This document shows positions 38,015 to 51,207 of a stretch of DNA of 64,000 nt, piece after piece. The notes below the pieces were generated by a model. That model did not search any database, was not told the DNA's origin, and worked only from the letters and a program-made list of their open reading frames with translations. Made by a program: the position numbers and the translations under genes. Source of the DNA: Eledone cirrhosa (Eukaryota). Within the stretch, counting starts at the first letter, position 1, and every line of letters begins with the position of its first letter. The DNA lies in contig OZ024754.1 in NCBI GenBank assembly GCA_964016885.1, positions 35,464,001 through 35,528,000 on the forward strand, given 5' to 3'.

Positions 38015-38272
38015 AATAAATCCAAAGAGGGCTCGATAAGGATAAATATATATCAAATATATAAGAACCGTAGAGCAAATATTTATTAAAATAACAGATT
38101 AAAGTTTAAGCAAAGAATCGCTGCTTTCACCCTTAACGGGATCTCCTGAAACTAACAAAGTCAATCTGTGAACGCAGAAGTGGATATTTCAAAAAACGGT
38201 GCAACCGTTAAGGGTGAAAGCAGCGATTCTTTGCTTAAACTTTAAACTTTAATCTGTTATTTTAATAAATAT
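38015..38272 (-). mobile_element. Fold-back hammerhead-like mini-element, family C copy 1
   Basis: Inverted arms 38079-38139 and 38205-38272; minus strand GTTT-CAGGAGA-TCCC(GTTAA)GGGT-GAAA-GCA..TGC-TT-AAAC; homologous to 41713-41836. Confidence 0.7.
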
Positions 38273-38950
38273 ATATATATATATATGTACACACAAAAAA
38301 AAAATATATATATATATATTATATATATGTAGATATACACATTTATTTATTTATTTATTTATTTATTCATTCATTGAGAGAGAGAGAGAGAGCGAGAGAG
38401 GTAAAATGCGGACCGCCGCGCCAAGTGGTTGAGATTTTACCTTTCTCTATACTCACCCTTCATCTCCTCGGGAATTGAGTACTGTACTCCTATAATTAGG
38501 AATCTCTGACAAGCGACTCAAACCAATGTGGTCAAGAATCAGCATGCAAGAGTTTCAAGGAAAAAAAAATCAATTTAACCTAATAACAAATGCTTTGATA
38601 ATCCAAAATGGAGAAAGCAGGCTTTGATAACATCCATTTTTAACATCAATTTTATATATGTTATAAAGATCCTTATATATATATATATAAGGATCTTTAT
38701 AACATGTATAAAAATTGATGTTATAATACCAGGTGCACTTTTCAAACTCTTTTTTTTTATAATCATGTTCCTTATATAACGTGATCGGCATAAAACGTGT
38801 TCTAACATCCACATATTTGTTCACTATATATGGTACTTTATTTTATCGACCCCGTAAGGATGAAAGGCAAAGTTAACTTCGGCGCGATTTCAGTCTTAAA
38901 CGTTGTTCGACGCTCTACCGATACTGGCAATACTATCAAATAATAATAAT

Positions 38951-39134
38951 TGTTTCTACTTTTAGCACAAGGCCAGCAATAACCCAGTAGATTACTGGTA
39001 CTTTATTTTATCGACCCCGTAAGGATGAAAGGCAAAGTTAACCTCGGCGGGATTTGAACTCAGAATGGCAAGGGCCGTAACTATGCGTCAAAGCATGGCG
39101 TCCGACCCTCTACCGATACTGCCAATCCACCGCC
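38951..39134 (-). mobile_element. Major tRNA-derived SINE, full length (partial copy just upstream at ~38830-38930)
   Basis: A-box TGGCAGTATCGG and B-box GAGTTCAAATCC on the minus strand. Confidence 0.9.
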
Positions 39135-39873
39135 CTACCTCAATAATAACCTTTGATTGTCTACCATTTTGAAACATTGACAATCCAACCAATACAATAA
39201 TAACTACTTCTACTACTACTACTATATCATCTTCGTCGCCGCCGCCGTCGTCGTCATCATCGCCGCTGTCATCATCATCATCATCATCACCAACGCCATC
39301 ACCAACGCTATCACCAACGTCATCATCATCACCAACGTCATCATCATCACCAACGCCATCACCATCACCATCACCAACGCCGCCATCATCACCAACGCCA
39401 TCATCACCAACGCCATCATCATCACCAACGCCACCATCATCACCATCACCACCACCAACAACTACTACTGTTGCTGGATTTAACAAAAAAACAAAAAACA
39501 AAAAAAAAAAAACAACAAACAAACCCAATACACCCATAACAGTAACACCGATACAAACTATATGTGCCACATGTTCGTTTGAATGTTGTTGTTTCTATAA
39601 GCTATTTCATTAATCGCAAGCTTTTTCAACCATTAAAAATATCTGACGCCATTTTCCATAGTGTCTATGCATGGACGCCCTATTATATACGTGTTTGCAT
39701 ATGTGTGTTTTTCCCCCAATCGATTTCTACTGTCGGTTATTAGTTTCCTAACAGTATTTTTTATTGAATACTCCACACAAAAGTCATTATTCCCTTTCCT
39801 TCTGCCGATGCCATACTTCCATATTGCCAATATAATTTCATGTCGGCGGCTTCGTCCTGAAAAACTTCCTTTA

Positions 39874-40101
39874 CAGGGTGGGCCAGAATTCAGGACTCAC
39901 TTGATTATTTATAGATTATTTATTTAAAAAAAAATAAATAAATAAACCTGTGAGGCATATTAAGAAATAAAAATATAAATTAAGAAACCTGCTAAGCATA
40001 TTAAGAAATAAAATAATAAATTAAAACAATACAGTAACAATAAAATAAGCATGTTAAGAAATATAACTAACAAGCGAGTCATGAATTCTGGCTCGCCATT
40101 T
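39874..40101. mobile_element. Tc1/mariner-type MITE
   Basis: TA|CAGGGTGGGCCAGAATTCAGGACTCACTTG ... CAAGCGAGTCATGAATTCTGGCTCGCC. Confidence 0.75.
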
Positions 40102-40601
40102 TAACATTTTCAATTCGTCGCTTTGATGTGAATGAGGTGAGTCGTTAGAACGTTGGATGAAATGTTTTAAGATATTCTCTCCGGCCCTCTCTACGCTGAG
40201 GCCACATTTGCCTTTCATTCTTTAAATGACAAGAAAATATCAGTCGTTCAGGACTGAGATCGGTTCTTTTATATTATTTCTCATAAAAAATAATAAAAAA
40301 ATGTAATAAATAAAAATGTAAAAAAAAAATAAAAAAAAAAATGTAAAAAAAAAAAATGTAAAAAAAAAAAAAAATGTAAAAAAAAAATGTAAAAAAAAAA
40401 AATGTAAAAAAAAAAAAATTGGCTGCGTTCAAACCTAGAGATGGATGGGCACCGTCAAGCATTAATGTCCAAGACACCGACACGAACACAGACGAAGAGG
40501 CTTATTTTACACGCATATATATACCGGACTGCTAACATCGTGTTCCAAACTATGGCGAGCATATCAAAAACGAAAGAAAAAAAAATCATTAAATCTTAAT
40601 A

Positions 40602-40671
40602 CCTGTCTGATGACACCATATCAGATGATTATTATGAAACATTTCAATGTTTTCGAAATGCGCATAACAGG
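40602..40671 (+). ncRNA. Candidate type-I hammerhead ribozyme
   Basis: CCTGT-CTGATGA-...-GAAA-TGCGCA-TA-ACAGG: 5-bp stem I and palindromic stem III; stem II base poorly paired. Confidence 0.55.
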
Positions 40672-41050
40672 ATTATATGATATACAGAGAATGTATACAT
40701 AAAACCATCTCTCTCATTCATACATACATACATAGTTAGGAAATTACAAGTACAATCCATTAATGGAACAGTAAAAATATGAAAGACATTCCAAAAATGT
40801 TGCATCTAATAACTGTATATACATTTGTACAAATACAAAGCATATACACATGCACACATACAACTCAAAACATATACATCCAATACCACACATACAATAA
40901 CATCCATATCTACACACACATGCATGCAGGCATATCTACCTAGTTGATGTTCTGTAAATTCCAATGATTGTGTCTATGTTAGAAACCAACTCTCTCTATT
41001 GGCAAAAATTTGTGAAATTATAAAACCAGAAGAACATACATACATACATA

Positions 41051-41228
41051 ATGGCTGTCCCCTCGTTATCGACTATGGCCATTGCATGATATACCATTAT
41101 TAATAATTATTAATAATTATTAATAATTATTAATTAATTCTATCGTGCAATGCCTGTGCTTGAAAATATTTTTTAAAGTGAGGAAAGACTGTGCACTGAG
41201 CCAATCCCACTATCTTAGCAACAGTAGC
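41051..41228 (-). mobile_element. Shorter relative of the RTE-derived element
   Basis: Shares GCAATGCCTGTGC..TGCAC..AGCCA.TCCCACT.TCTTA and a similar 3' terminus; lies in (ACAT)n. Confidence 0.6.
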
Positions 41229-41477
41229 TACATACATACATACATACATACATGCATACATACATACATGTATGTATGTATGTACAAACACAGGCGCTTA
41301 GTATAGGTTATAGTCAGGAGATTGCATCAATGCTATGGTACCGTCGTAAGGAGCCTTAGTCGGAAATATCATAACCCAAGTATATATTTTACTATGCATA
41401 TTTCAAAGGTACAATGATGTTTCAGTACGTTTTCATCAGATAAAATATATAAGATATATATATATATATATATATAT

Positions 41478-41836
41478 CCCCGCTCCACATATGACGTATT
41501 TTCTTCGTTTTTTCCGTTCATTGCCAGAGAACGTCTCTATGAACCACCTAATAGAATATTAGTCTACGACTTCTTTTATACCATAAACGTGGTTATGTCT
41601 TTGCGTGTAATTGTTTTTCACTGCTCCAAATAATGACGTATTATATTCGTTTTTCCCGTTCTTTGCCAGGGAACGTTTCCACGAACCAAAGTATCGTCTT
41701 CCTGTCTTCCTCCGGTTGCAACGTTTTTTTGAAATATTCACTTCTGCGTTCACAGATTGACTTTGTTAGTTTCAGAAGATCCCGTTAAGGGTGAAAGCAG
41801 CGATTCTTTGCTTAAACTTTAATCTGTTATTTTAAT
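41478..41836 (+). mobile_element. Hammerhead-like mini-element, family C copy 2
   Basis: GTTT-CAGAAGA-TCCC(GTTAA)GGGT-GAAA-GCA..TGC-TT-AAAC at about 41769-41817; (AT)n on both sides; internal ~56-bp direct repeat. Confidence 0.65.
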
Positions 41837-41854
41837 ATATATATATATATATAT

Positions 41855-42084
41855 AGTTTTAATATAGATGAGATTCTACAGGACTAGAACTGTTTCATTC
41901 ATTTGAAATCATCAGGAATCATTCATTCATTCATTTGAAATCATCAGCGATTCCTGATGATTTCAAATGAATGAAACAGTTCTAGTCCTGTAGAATCTCA
42001 TCTATATTAAAACTGTTATACTCTGCTAGCTATGTATTGAGTACCTTACTTACTGTGGTTACCTCCGATTCAACCCGGAATAAC

Positions 42085-42085
<1 letters not shown>
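41855..42085 (+). mobile_element. Fold-back element carrying a complete hammerhead on each strand
   Basis: Perfect 66-bp arms 41855-41920 and 41949-42014; (AT)n flanks. Confidence 0.8.
41949..41997 (+). ncRNA. Type-I hammerhead ribozyme
   Basis: GATTC-CTGATGA-TTTC(AAAT)GAAT-GAAA-CAG(TTCTAGTC)CTG-TA-GAATC: intact core, stems I-III, GUA cleavage triplet. Confidence 0.8.
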
Positions 42086-42120
<35 letters not shown>

Positions 42121-42274
42121 TATATATTTTATCTTTTTCCTTTTTCTCTTCTTTCCTTTTCTTCTATTTTCCTACCTATTTCTTACTATAGTATTAACAC
42201 ATATTTCTGTCATATGTAGACTTACCACTTTCCTATAAACAAGTGCTCTTATGCCTCATATCATTGTACCTTAT

Positions 42275-42338
42275 TTTTGATCTGAAGAGAACACGTCTGT
42301 CCCAGGATGATTTTGTATTCGAAATACGTATAATAAAA
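42275..42338 (+). ncRNA. Type-I hammerhead ribozyme candidate
   Basis: TTTGAT-CTGAAGA-GAACAC...GTATTC-GAAA-TACGTA-TA-ATAAAA; palindromic stem III. Confidence 0.7.
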
Positions 42339-42442
42339 TATATGGGACTCTTATAACCATCTTTTATTTCATCTTTATTATATATATATATATGTATATA
42401 TACATGCATATACACATATCTGTATGTATATACACACACACG

Positions 42443-42476
<34 letters not shown>

Positions 42477-42698
42477 CATATGTATACATGTATGCATGTT
42501 TGTATGTATACACACACACTTATGTATACATGTATGCATATGTTTGTATGTATACACACACATGTGTACATGCATGAATATGTTTTTATGAATATGTATA
42601 CATGTATGCCTGTTTGTATGTATACACACCACACACACTTATGTATACATGTATGCATATGTTTGTATGTATACACACACATATGTGTACATGCATGA

Positions 42699-42731
<33 letters not shown>

Positions 42732-43438
42732 TATGTGTGTGTACACACACATATATATACATATATATGTGTGTGTACACACGCGCGCGCGTGCGCACAC
42801 ATGTCTATGGTGTGTCTACGGTGCTAAGACTGAAAAGAAAACTAATCAAAGTAGTACTCTACCTTAACAATCATTATCATCCCCATCACCAACACAACCT
42901 ACAGCATCCCTATCACCAGCGTCACCATATTATGATCATCAACACTGCCACCATCTTCCACGTCATCGATCGATCGATTCTCACCAAAAACGAGACCTAA
43001 GCGACAATTAGTCTAAACTATATTCAGAACAAAACTGCTTAGAAGCTACTCAAATAATCACGGTCCCTTCATCACCTCATCATTATCATCACCATCATGC
43101 AGACGATGATGATGATGGCGATGGTCGTGATAGGGGTGGAGGTGATGGTGATGATGATGATGATGACCATTATAATCTTCGTTGTCTTCATCATCTTTGC
43201 CTAATTGTAAAATATCAATGGGCACTAATTATCTTTGTTCTTATTGTCCACTACATTTTTCTAGAGATCTTGAAAAGTTATATGAAAATATGCATACATA
43301 TGGATGCATATATACTGCATACATATGTACATATGTTGCACCTCTCGTTTCTGATGACGTATGTATATGTGCGTGTGTTTGTGTGTTTGTGTGTGAGAGC
43401 AAGAGTAAAGGGAGGTTATAGGTACTGTGTGTGTGTTT

Positions 43439-43543
<105 letters not shown>

Positions 43544-43552
43544 GTTTGTTTT

Positions 43553-44905
43553 TTTGGAGGGTAATTGAGTCCATTCGGAAAAGTGGTTCCAAGGCGGAAA
43601 ATTAAGTTCTGCTCAGTCCTGGTGCTAGTTGCTGTTGTTCCATGGTGTAAAAGGAGGACTGAGACAGTGAGATGTTGAGTAGAATGGTTGAAGGAACGGG
43701 AGTAACGAGCGACTGTTGTGTCTTTACCTAGTCGTTCGGCGAATCGGTCCGCCAAGCGGCGGCCTGTCTGTCCGATGTAAATGGATCCACAAATGGAACA
43801 TCGGAGTGCTAAGACGACTTTAGTGGAGGTGCAAGTGAAGGAGTGGCGAATGCAAAAGAAATGGTTCGTACCTATGATATGATAGTGGTGAGTTTTGTTA
43901 TGTAGGGACAGGTTTTACAGCGGGGCGAGGAGGGGTCCTAAGAGAGGGGGAAGAGGAACTGTGCACAAGAAGGTCACGGAGATTGCGGGCGCGCTTAAAG
44001 ACAGTGATGGGTGGGTTGCGAAAAAAGCGTGACGGGGTCAGAAACAAGGGTTTGGAAACAATGAAGGCGGGTGTTGGGGGCGATTAGTGGGTAAGAGGGC
44101 TGTGGTGCGGTCAGTATCACGGGCGCGGGTAAGGGAAGCTTGAATAACGGAGGGAATATATCCTCGCTGGATGAAGCGAGAAGCCATGTGTTGAAACTAG
44201 ATCTCGAAATGATGGTCCTAGTTGGTGAGCTGACGATGATGGAGTATTTGGGAGTAGGGAGGATGTGAAATTGAGGTAGGAGTAGGAGTCAGTGAGTTTA
44301 TTGAAGATGGAAGTTGAAGGGGTGTGATGAGGGAGAGAGAGAGAGAGAGAGAGAGGTGTCGAGAAATTGGACGGAAGAATCGGAGATGGAGATGGTGAGG
44401 GCGAGAGCGGGATGAAAAGACTGGATAAAGGAGAGAAAGTAGTCGAGCTGTTCACGGGAGAGAGAGGTGCGGCCGATACAGTCCTCGATGAACGATCATA
44501 TAGCTCTGGAGTAGATCCCGTGTACTCGGTCTCGTCGTAGCCAACAAACAAGTTTGCATAGTTCGGACCCATTCTGTTTCCCATGGCTACCTCCAGATTC
44601 CTGCTGCTAAAACTCCAGAAATAGAAAACCCATTGAGGGTCAGAACAATCTCAGAAGGGCGTAAGTCCAAATATTGTCGGAGAGCGCAGGGGCCGTCATC
44701 GTGAGGGATGACGGTATAGAGAGAGGTGATGTGCAGGGTGAAAAAGAAGGTGAGAGGGGCTAGGAGAGAGGGGGAGATGAGCCAGAGGTGGGGTCAATTG
44801 GTAGAGGGCGGTAAAAATGGCTGTCGTGAAGTTAGCAGAGGGTCTCAATCCCGTAGAGGTCCGTGCGCCATATTACCACGCCGCCGCCGCCTTTTCGGTG
44901 GGTCA
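43553..44905 (-). mobile_element. Decayed, internally deleted Penelope-like retroelement (Neptune-like): RT and GIY-YIG
   Basis: KGGGGVVIWRTDLY; FTLHITSLYTVIPHDDG (motif A with D to H); VAMGNRMGPNYANLFVG; PPITVFKRARNLRDLLV; CKTCPY; FTCTSTKVVLALRCSICGSIYIGQTGRRLADRF; EQNLIFRLGTTFPNGLN; microsatellite flanks. Confidence 0.9.
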
Positions 44906-45284
44906 CACACACACACACACATGTGAGTCTGTGAGTGTATGTGTGTGAGTGTCTGCTTGTAAGTGTATGTGTGTGAGTGTGTGAGTGTGTGAGTGAGTGT
45001 GTGAGTGAGTGTGTGAGTGAGTGTGTGAGTGAGTGTGTGAGTGAGTGTGTGAGTGAGTGTGTGAGTGAGTGTGTGAGTGAGTGAGAGTGTGAGTGTGTGA
45101 GTGAGTGAGAGTGTGAGAGTGTGAGTGAGTGAGTGAGTGAGTGTGAGTGAGAGAGTGAGCGAGTGTATGCGTGTGAGTATGTGTGTGAGTGAGTGTGTGT
45201 GTGTACGTGTGTAAGAGCTCCCACACACGTGTATGAATGTATTTGAGTGTATATATGTGTATATATATGTACAAGAAAGTAGGT

Positions 45285-46770
45285 GTGTATGTATGTGTGT
45301 CCATGAAAGTATGTATGTGTATGTATGTGTGTTCATAAAAGTATGTATGTGTGTTCATGAAAGTATGTATGTGTATGTATGTGTGTTCATGAAAGTATGT
45401 ATGTGTATGTATGTGTGTTCATGAAAGTATGTATATGTATGTGTGTTCATAAAAGTATGTATGTGTATCCATAAAAGTATGTATGTGTGTCCATAAAAGT
45501 ATGTATGTGTATGTATGTGTGTTCATGAAAGTATGTATGTGTATGTATGTGTGTCCATAAAAGTATGTATGTGTATGTATGTGTGTCCATAAAAGTATGT
45601 ATGTGTATGTATGTGTGTTCATGAAAGTATGTATGTGTATGTATGTGTGTTCATGAAAGTATGTATGTGTATGTATGTGTGTTCATGAAAGTATGTATAT
45701 GTATGTGTGTTCATAAAAGTATGTATGTGTATGTATGTGTGTCCATAAAAGTATGTATGTGTATGTATGTGTGTCCATAAAAGTATTTATGTGTATGTAT
45801 GTGTGTCCATAAAAGTATGTATGTGTGTCCATAAAAGTATGTATGTGTATGTATGTGTGTTCATGAAAGTATGTATGTGTATGTATGTGTGTCCATAAAA
45901 GTATGTATGTGTATGTATGTGTGTCCATAAAAGTATTTATGTGTATGTATGTGTGTCCATAAAAGTATGTATGTGTGTCCATAAAAGTATGTATGTGTAT
46001 GTATGTGTGTTCATGAAAGTATGTATGTGTATGTATGTGTGTCCATAAAAGTATGTATGTGTATGTATGTGTGTCCATAAAAGTATGTATGTGTATGTAT
46101 CTGTGTTCATGAAAGTATGTATGTGTATGTATGTGTGTCCATAAAAGTATGTATGTGTATGTATGTGTGTCCATAAAAGTATTTATGTGTATGTATGTGT
46201 GTCCATAAAAGTATGTATGTGTGTCCATAAAAGTATGTATGTGTATGTATGTGTGTTCATGAAAGTATGTATGTGTATGTATGTGTGTCCATAAAAGTAT
46301 GTATGTGTATGTATGTGTGTTCATGAAAGTATGTATGTGTATGTATGTGTGTTCATGAAAGTATGTATGTGTATGTATGTGTGTTCTTGAAAGTATGTAT
46401 GTGTGTCCATAAAAGTATGTATGCGTATGTATGTGTGTCCATAAAAGTATGTATGTGTATGTATGTGTGTTCATGAAAGTATGTATGTGTATGTATGTGT
46501 GTTCATGAAAGTATGTATGTGTGTTCATGAAAGTATGTATGTGTGTTCATGAAAGTATGTATGTGTATGTATGTGTGTTCGTGAAAGTATGTATGTGTAT
46601 GTATGTGTGTCCATAAAAGTATGTGTGTGTATGCATGTGTGTTCATCAAAGTATGTATGTGTATGTATGTGTGTCCATAAAAGTATGTGTGTGTGTTCAT
46701 GAAAGTATGTATGTGTGTTCATAAAAGTATGTATGTGTATGTATGTTCATGAAAGTATGTATGTGTATGC
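45285..46770. repeat. 32/22-bp minisatellite (CATGAAAGTATGTATGTGTATGTATGTGTGTT)
   Basis: Directly visible. Confidence 0.95.
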
Positions 46771-46969
46771 GCGTGGAATATTTCCAGAACGAGGCTATAA
46801 ATAAGAACAGGTGTATTAAACAGACGACCACAATGAACTTCAGCCTCCCACTACACCTCATCCAAACAGATGGTTCACAAAATAGACCTCACACCCCTCT
46901 CTCTCTCCCTCCCCATCTTTCTATGTATCACCACTTGTATATATTCATATATATACTTATAAATATATT

Positions 46970-47149
46970 ATATGTGTGTCTGTCTGTGTGTTTGTGTGTA
47001 TATACATGTATATATACATATATATATATATGCATATGTATATATACATATATATATGTATGTATGTATAAGCATATGTATATATATGCATACATATATA
47101 TATATATACATATATGTATATATGTATATATATGCAAATGTATATATAC

Positions 47150-47181
<32 letters not shown>

Positions 47182-47195
47182 GTATATATATGCAA

Positions 47196-47243
<48 letters not shown>

Positions 47244-47814
47244 GTGTATATATATATATGCATATGTATATATATGTAGATATATATATACATATGTATA
47301 TATACAAATATATATGTATATATATATATACAAATATATATGTATATATATATATATACAAATATATATATATACAAATATATATGTATATATATACATA
47401 TGTATATATACAAAAAATATATGTATATATATATATATACATACATATGTATATATACAAAATGTATATATATATACATATGTATATATACAAAAAATAT
47501 ATGTATATATATATATACATACATGTATATGTATATATATATACATGTATATATACATAAATATATATGTATATATATATATATACATGTATATGTATAT
47601 ATACATATATACATAAATATATATGTATATATATGTATACATACATGTATATATACATACATATATATAAATATATATGTATATATATGTATACATACAT
47701 GTATATATACATACATATATATAAATATATATGTATATATATGTATACATACATGTATATATACATACATATATATAAATATATATGTATATATATGTAT
47801 ACATACATGTATAT

Positions 47815-47856
<42 letters not shown>

Positions 47857-47870
47857 ACATACATGTATAT

Positions 47871-47916
<46 letters not shown>

Positions 47917-47930
47917 ACATACATGTATAT

Positions 47931-47964
<34 letters not shown>

Positions 47965-47974
47965 GTATACATAC

Positions 47975-48012
<38 letters not shown>

Positions 48013-48020
48013 ATACATAA
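46970..48020. repeat. Compound (AT)n microsatellite
   Basis: Directly visible. Confidence 0.95.
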
Positions 48021-48331
48021 CATCTAGTCATATTTCTCTTTCTGTCAGTATTTGTATTCTTTTCACTTCCCCTGTCTCTATCGCAGTATTCCCCCTCCCC
48101 CTCTCCCTCCTCTACTCAACCGACCTTCTCACACCTCTATCTCTCTCCACCCCCCTCTCTCTATTCAACACTCCCCTCTACTTCTTCCTCTCCTCTCTAC
48201 TTTCACTTTCCATCCCACTATGTATGTCCGACTATATTTTACTCACCTGGTCAGGAGCCAACTGTGGATTTATTTTTGAACAGAGTTCCAAATTCTCCCT
48301 AACTAAGTCGTATATTAAAGGGCTTTGGTAT

Positions 48332-48383
<52 letters not shown>

Positions 48384-48600
48384 TATAGCCCTATATATAT
48401 ATACTAATGTTATATATAACGCTATATATGGCTATATAACACCAAACCAGACTGGTCATAGTTCCATGGCTAAAGGCACGCACTCACACATTACTTCTCT
48501 GGAAATAAAGTTCATGAGTACACGTGTCCGCCTATTCAAAATATATATATTTCTGGTTGTAATCCTGCCTGTTATATATTATATATTATATGTAAACTCT

Positions 48601-48686
48601 CATATCTGAAGAAGTGTTGATTAATTGTCCGGATCCGATCGCCTGATCAAACCCTAGCTGATCGATATAGAAACAATTGTAATATG
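48601..48686 (+). ncRNA. Type-I hammerhead ribozyme candidate with long stem II
   Basis: CATAT-CTGAAGA-AGTGTTGATTAATTG...TAGCTGATCGATATA-GAAA-CAATTG-TA-ATATG: 5-bp stem I, palindromic stem III, G-U-rich stem II. Confidence 0.72.
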
Positions 48687-48693
48687 AAATAAT

Positions 48694-48875
48694 TGTTTCT
48701 ACTTTTGGCACAAGACCAGCAAATTACCCCCAGTGCATTGTGCATTACTGGTACTTTATTTTATCAACCCCGTAAGGATGAAAGGCAAAGTTAACCTCGG
48801 CAGGATTTGAACTCAGAATGGCAAGGGCCGTAACTCTATGCGTCCGACCCTCTACCGATACTGCCAATTCACCGC
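48694..48875 (-). mobile_element. Major tRNA-derived SINE copy
   Basis: Match to the family consensus including A and B boxes. Confidence 0.88.
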
Positions 48876-48888
48876 GCAATATATATTA

Positions 48889-49802
48889 TCTATATATATA
48901 AAACTGTGGTTGTCTGTCTGTCTATCGATTTTTGGCACACATCTCCTCTTAGAATCTCTCACGGAATTGCACCGAAATTGCTAGACTTGTACATTGAGCC
49001 CTAGCGAAGACATCGGAAAAAAAAATTTCAAATTGACCCACCCTATGTGACGAAATCGAATATAATGTATCGATTTTTGAGCGTAAGTTATCAGTTATTT
49101 CCCTTTGTTCTGTTTACATTGAGCGTCTTACGTAAAAAATTACGCTGGCTTTCTCAGCGTTTAAAATGACATTAACACAATACACGAACAGACAGTTGTC
49201 GAGCCAGCAAAATATTGACCTGCAAAATTCATCAGTTCGAACACTAAGCTTCCGTTTTGCTTCATTTCCATTTAAAAGCATTTTAAAACAATATTTTTAC
49301 TTGAAAACAAGTCTATTTAAAGACTACGTAAAACAAGCAAATATTTCGTCGTTAGGCGTGCAGACAGACAGTCGTGCAGACAGACAGTCGTGCAGAGAGG
49401 TGATATACGCGTGCAGACAGACAGTCGTGCAGAGAGGTGATATAGGCGTGCAGACAGACAGTCGTGCAGAGAGGTGATATAGGCGGGCAGACAGACATAA
49501 CTGATAATTTGGTTACGCTAATGTTTTTCTCTGCGTTGCAGTGTTTACATTTTCGATCTTTGTTAATAAATAACCAGTGCAGTTTCTATCCCCAGCATCC
49601 TCTTTTGTTATGACATTGGGGTTATCGTTATGTTTTCTTAACTTCATAAGGCATATTGTTGGTTGAGGGAATATTAATCAAAAACACCACATGCAAGTCT
49701 GCACAGTAGACACTACAGTTTTTAAGCCAAGAAAGAAACTTAACATTGTAACTTTAACACAGCTACTGAGCGACCCCGAGCAACGCCGGGCTTTACTGCT
49801 AG
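48889..49802 (+). mobile_element. Non-autonomous Helitron (~914 bp)
   Basis: 5' TCTATATATATAAAA; 3' hairpin CCCGAGCAACGCCGGG followed by CTAG; inserted between A and T; internal tandem repeats at 49355-49497. Confidence 0.85.
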
Positions 49803-49815
49803 TATATAATATAAT

Positions 49816-49999
49816 TGTTTCTACTTTAGGCACAAGGCCAGCAATTACCCAGTGCATTACTGGTACTTTATTTTATCGACCCCGTAAGGATGAAAGGCAA
49901 AGTCAACCTCGGCGGGATTTGAACTCAGATCGTAAAGGGACGTAACTACGCTGGAAAGCATGGCGTCCGACCCTCTACCGATACTGCCAATCCACTGCC
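49816..49999 (-). mobile_element. Major tRNA-derived SINE, full length
   Basis: A-box TGGCAGTATCGG, B-box GAGTTCAAATCC, central GCCTTTCATCCTTACGGGGTCGATAAAATAAAGTACCAG, tail GGCCTTGTGCCTAAAGTAGAAACA then AT-rich repeat. Confidence 0.92.
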
Positions 50000-50056
50000 A
50001 TTTTCCTCTAAGCCCAACACACAATCACCCTTCCCTTCAACCCTTCCCTCTCTTAT

Positions 50057-50098
<42 letters not shown>

Positions 50099-50331
50099 AT
50101 AATATATATATATATTATTATATATGATATATATATTATATTATATATGATATATATATTATATATGATATATATATTATATTATATATGATATATATAT
50201 TATATATGATATATATATTATATTATATATGATATATATATTATATATGATATATATATTATATTATATATATATTATATATGATATATATATTATATTA
50301 TATATGATATATATATATATATAATATTATA

Positions 50332-50512
50332 GGTGGATTGGCTGTATCGGTAGAGGGTCGGACGCCATTCTTTGACGCATAGAGTTACGGCCCTTGCCAT
50401 CCTGAGTTCAAATCCCGCCGAGGTTGCCTTTGCCTTTCATCCTTACGGGGTCGATAAAATAAAGTACCAGTAATGCACTGGTGAATTGCTGGTCTTGTCC
50501 CAAAAGTAGAAA
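50332..50512 (+). mobile_element. Major tRNA-derived SINE, full length
   Basis: Same family, opposite orientation to 49816-49999. Confidence 0.92.
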
Positions 50513-50514
50513 AT

Positions 50515-51207
50515 TATATAATATATTATATATATAATATATATATATTATATTATATATATAATATATATATATTATATTATATATATAATATATATAT
50601 ATTATATTATATATATAATATATATATATTATATTATATATATAATATATATATATTATATTATATATATAATATATATATATTATATTATATATATAAT
50701 ATATATATATTATATTATATATATAATATATATATATTATATTATATATATAATATATATATATTATATTATATATATAATATATATATATTATATTATA
50801 TATATAATATATATATATTATATTATATATATAATATATATATATTATATTATATATATAATATATATATATTATATTATATATATAATATATATATATT
50901 ATATTATATAATATATATATATTATATTATATATATAATATATATATATTATATCATATAATATATATATATTATATTATATATAATATATATATATTAT
51001 ATTATATATATAATATATATATATTATATTATATAATATATATATATTATATATATATAATATATATATATTATATTATATAATATAATATATATATATT
51101 ATATTATATAATATAATATATATATATTATATTATATAATATAATATATATATATTATATTATATAATATAATATATATATATTATATTATATATATAAT
51201 ATATATA
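50515..51207. repeat. Almost pure A/T minisatellite (ATATATATTATATTATATATATA variants)
   Basis: Directly visible. Confidence 0.95.
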
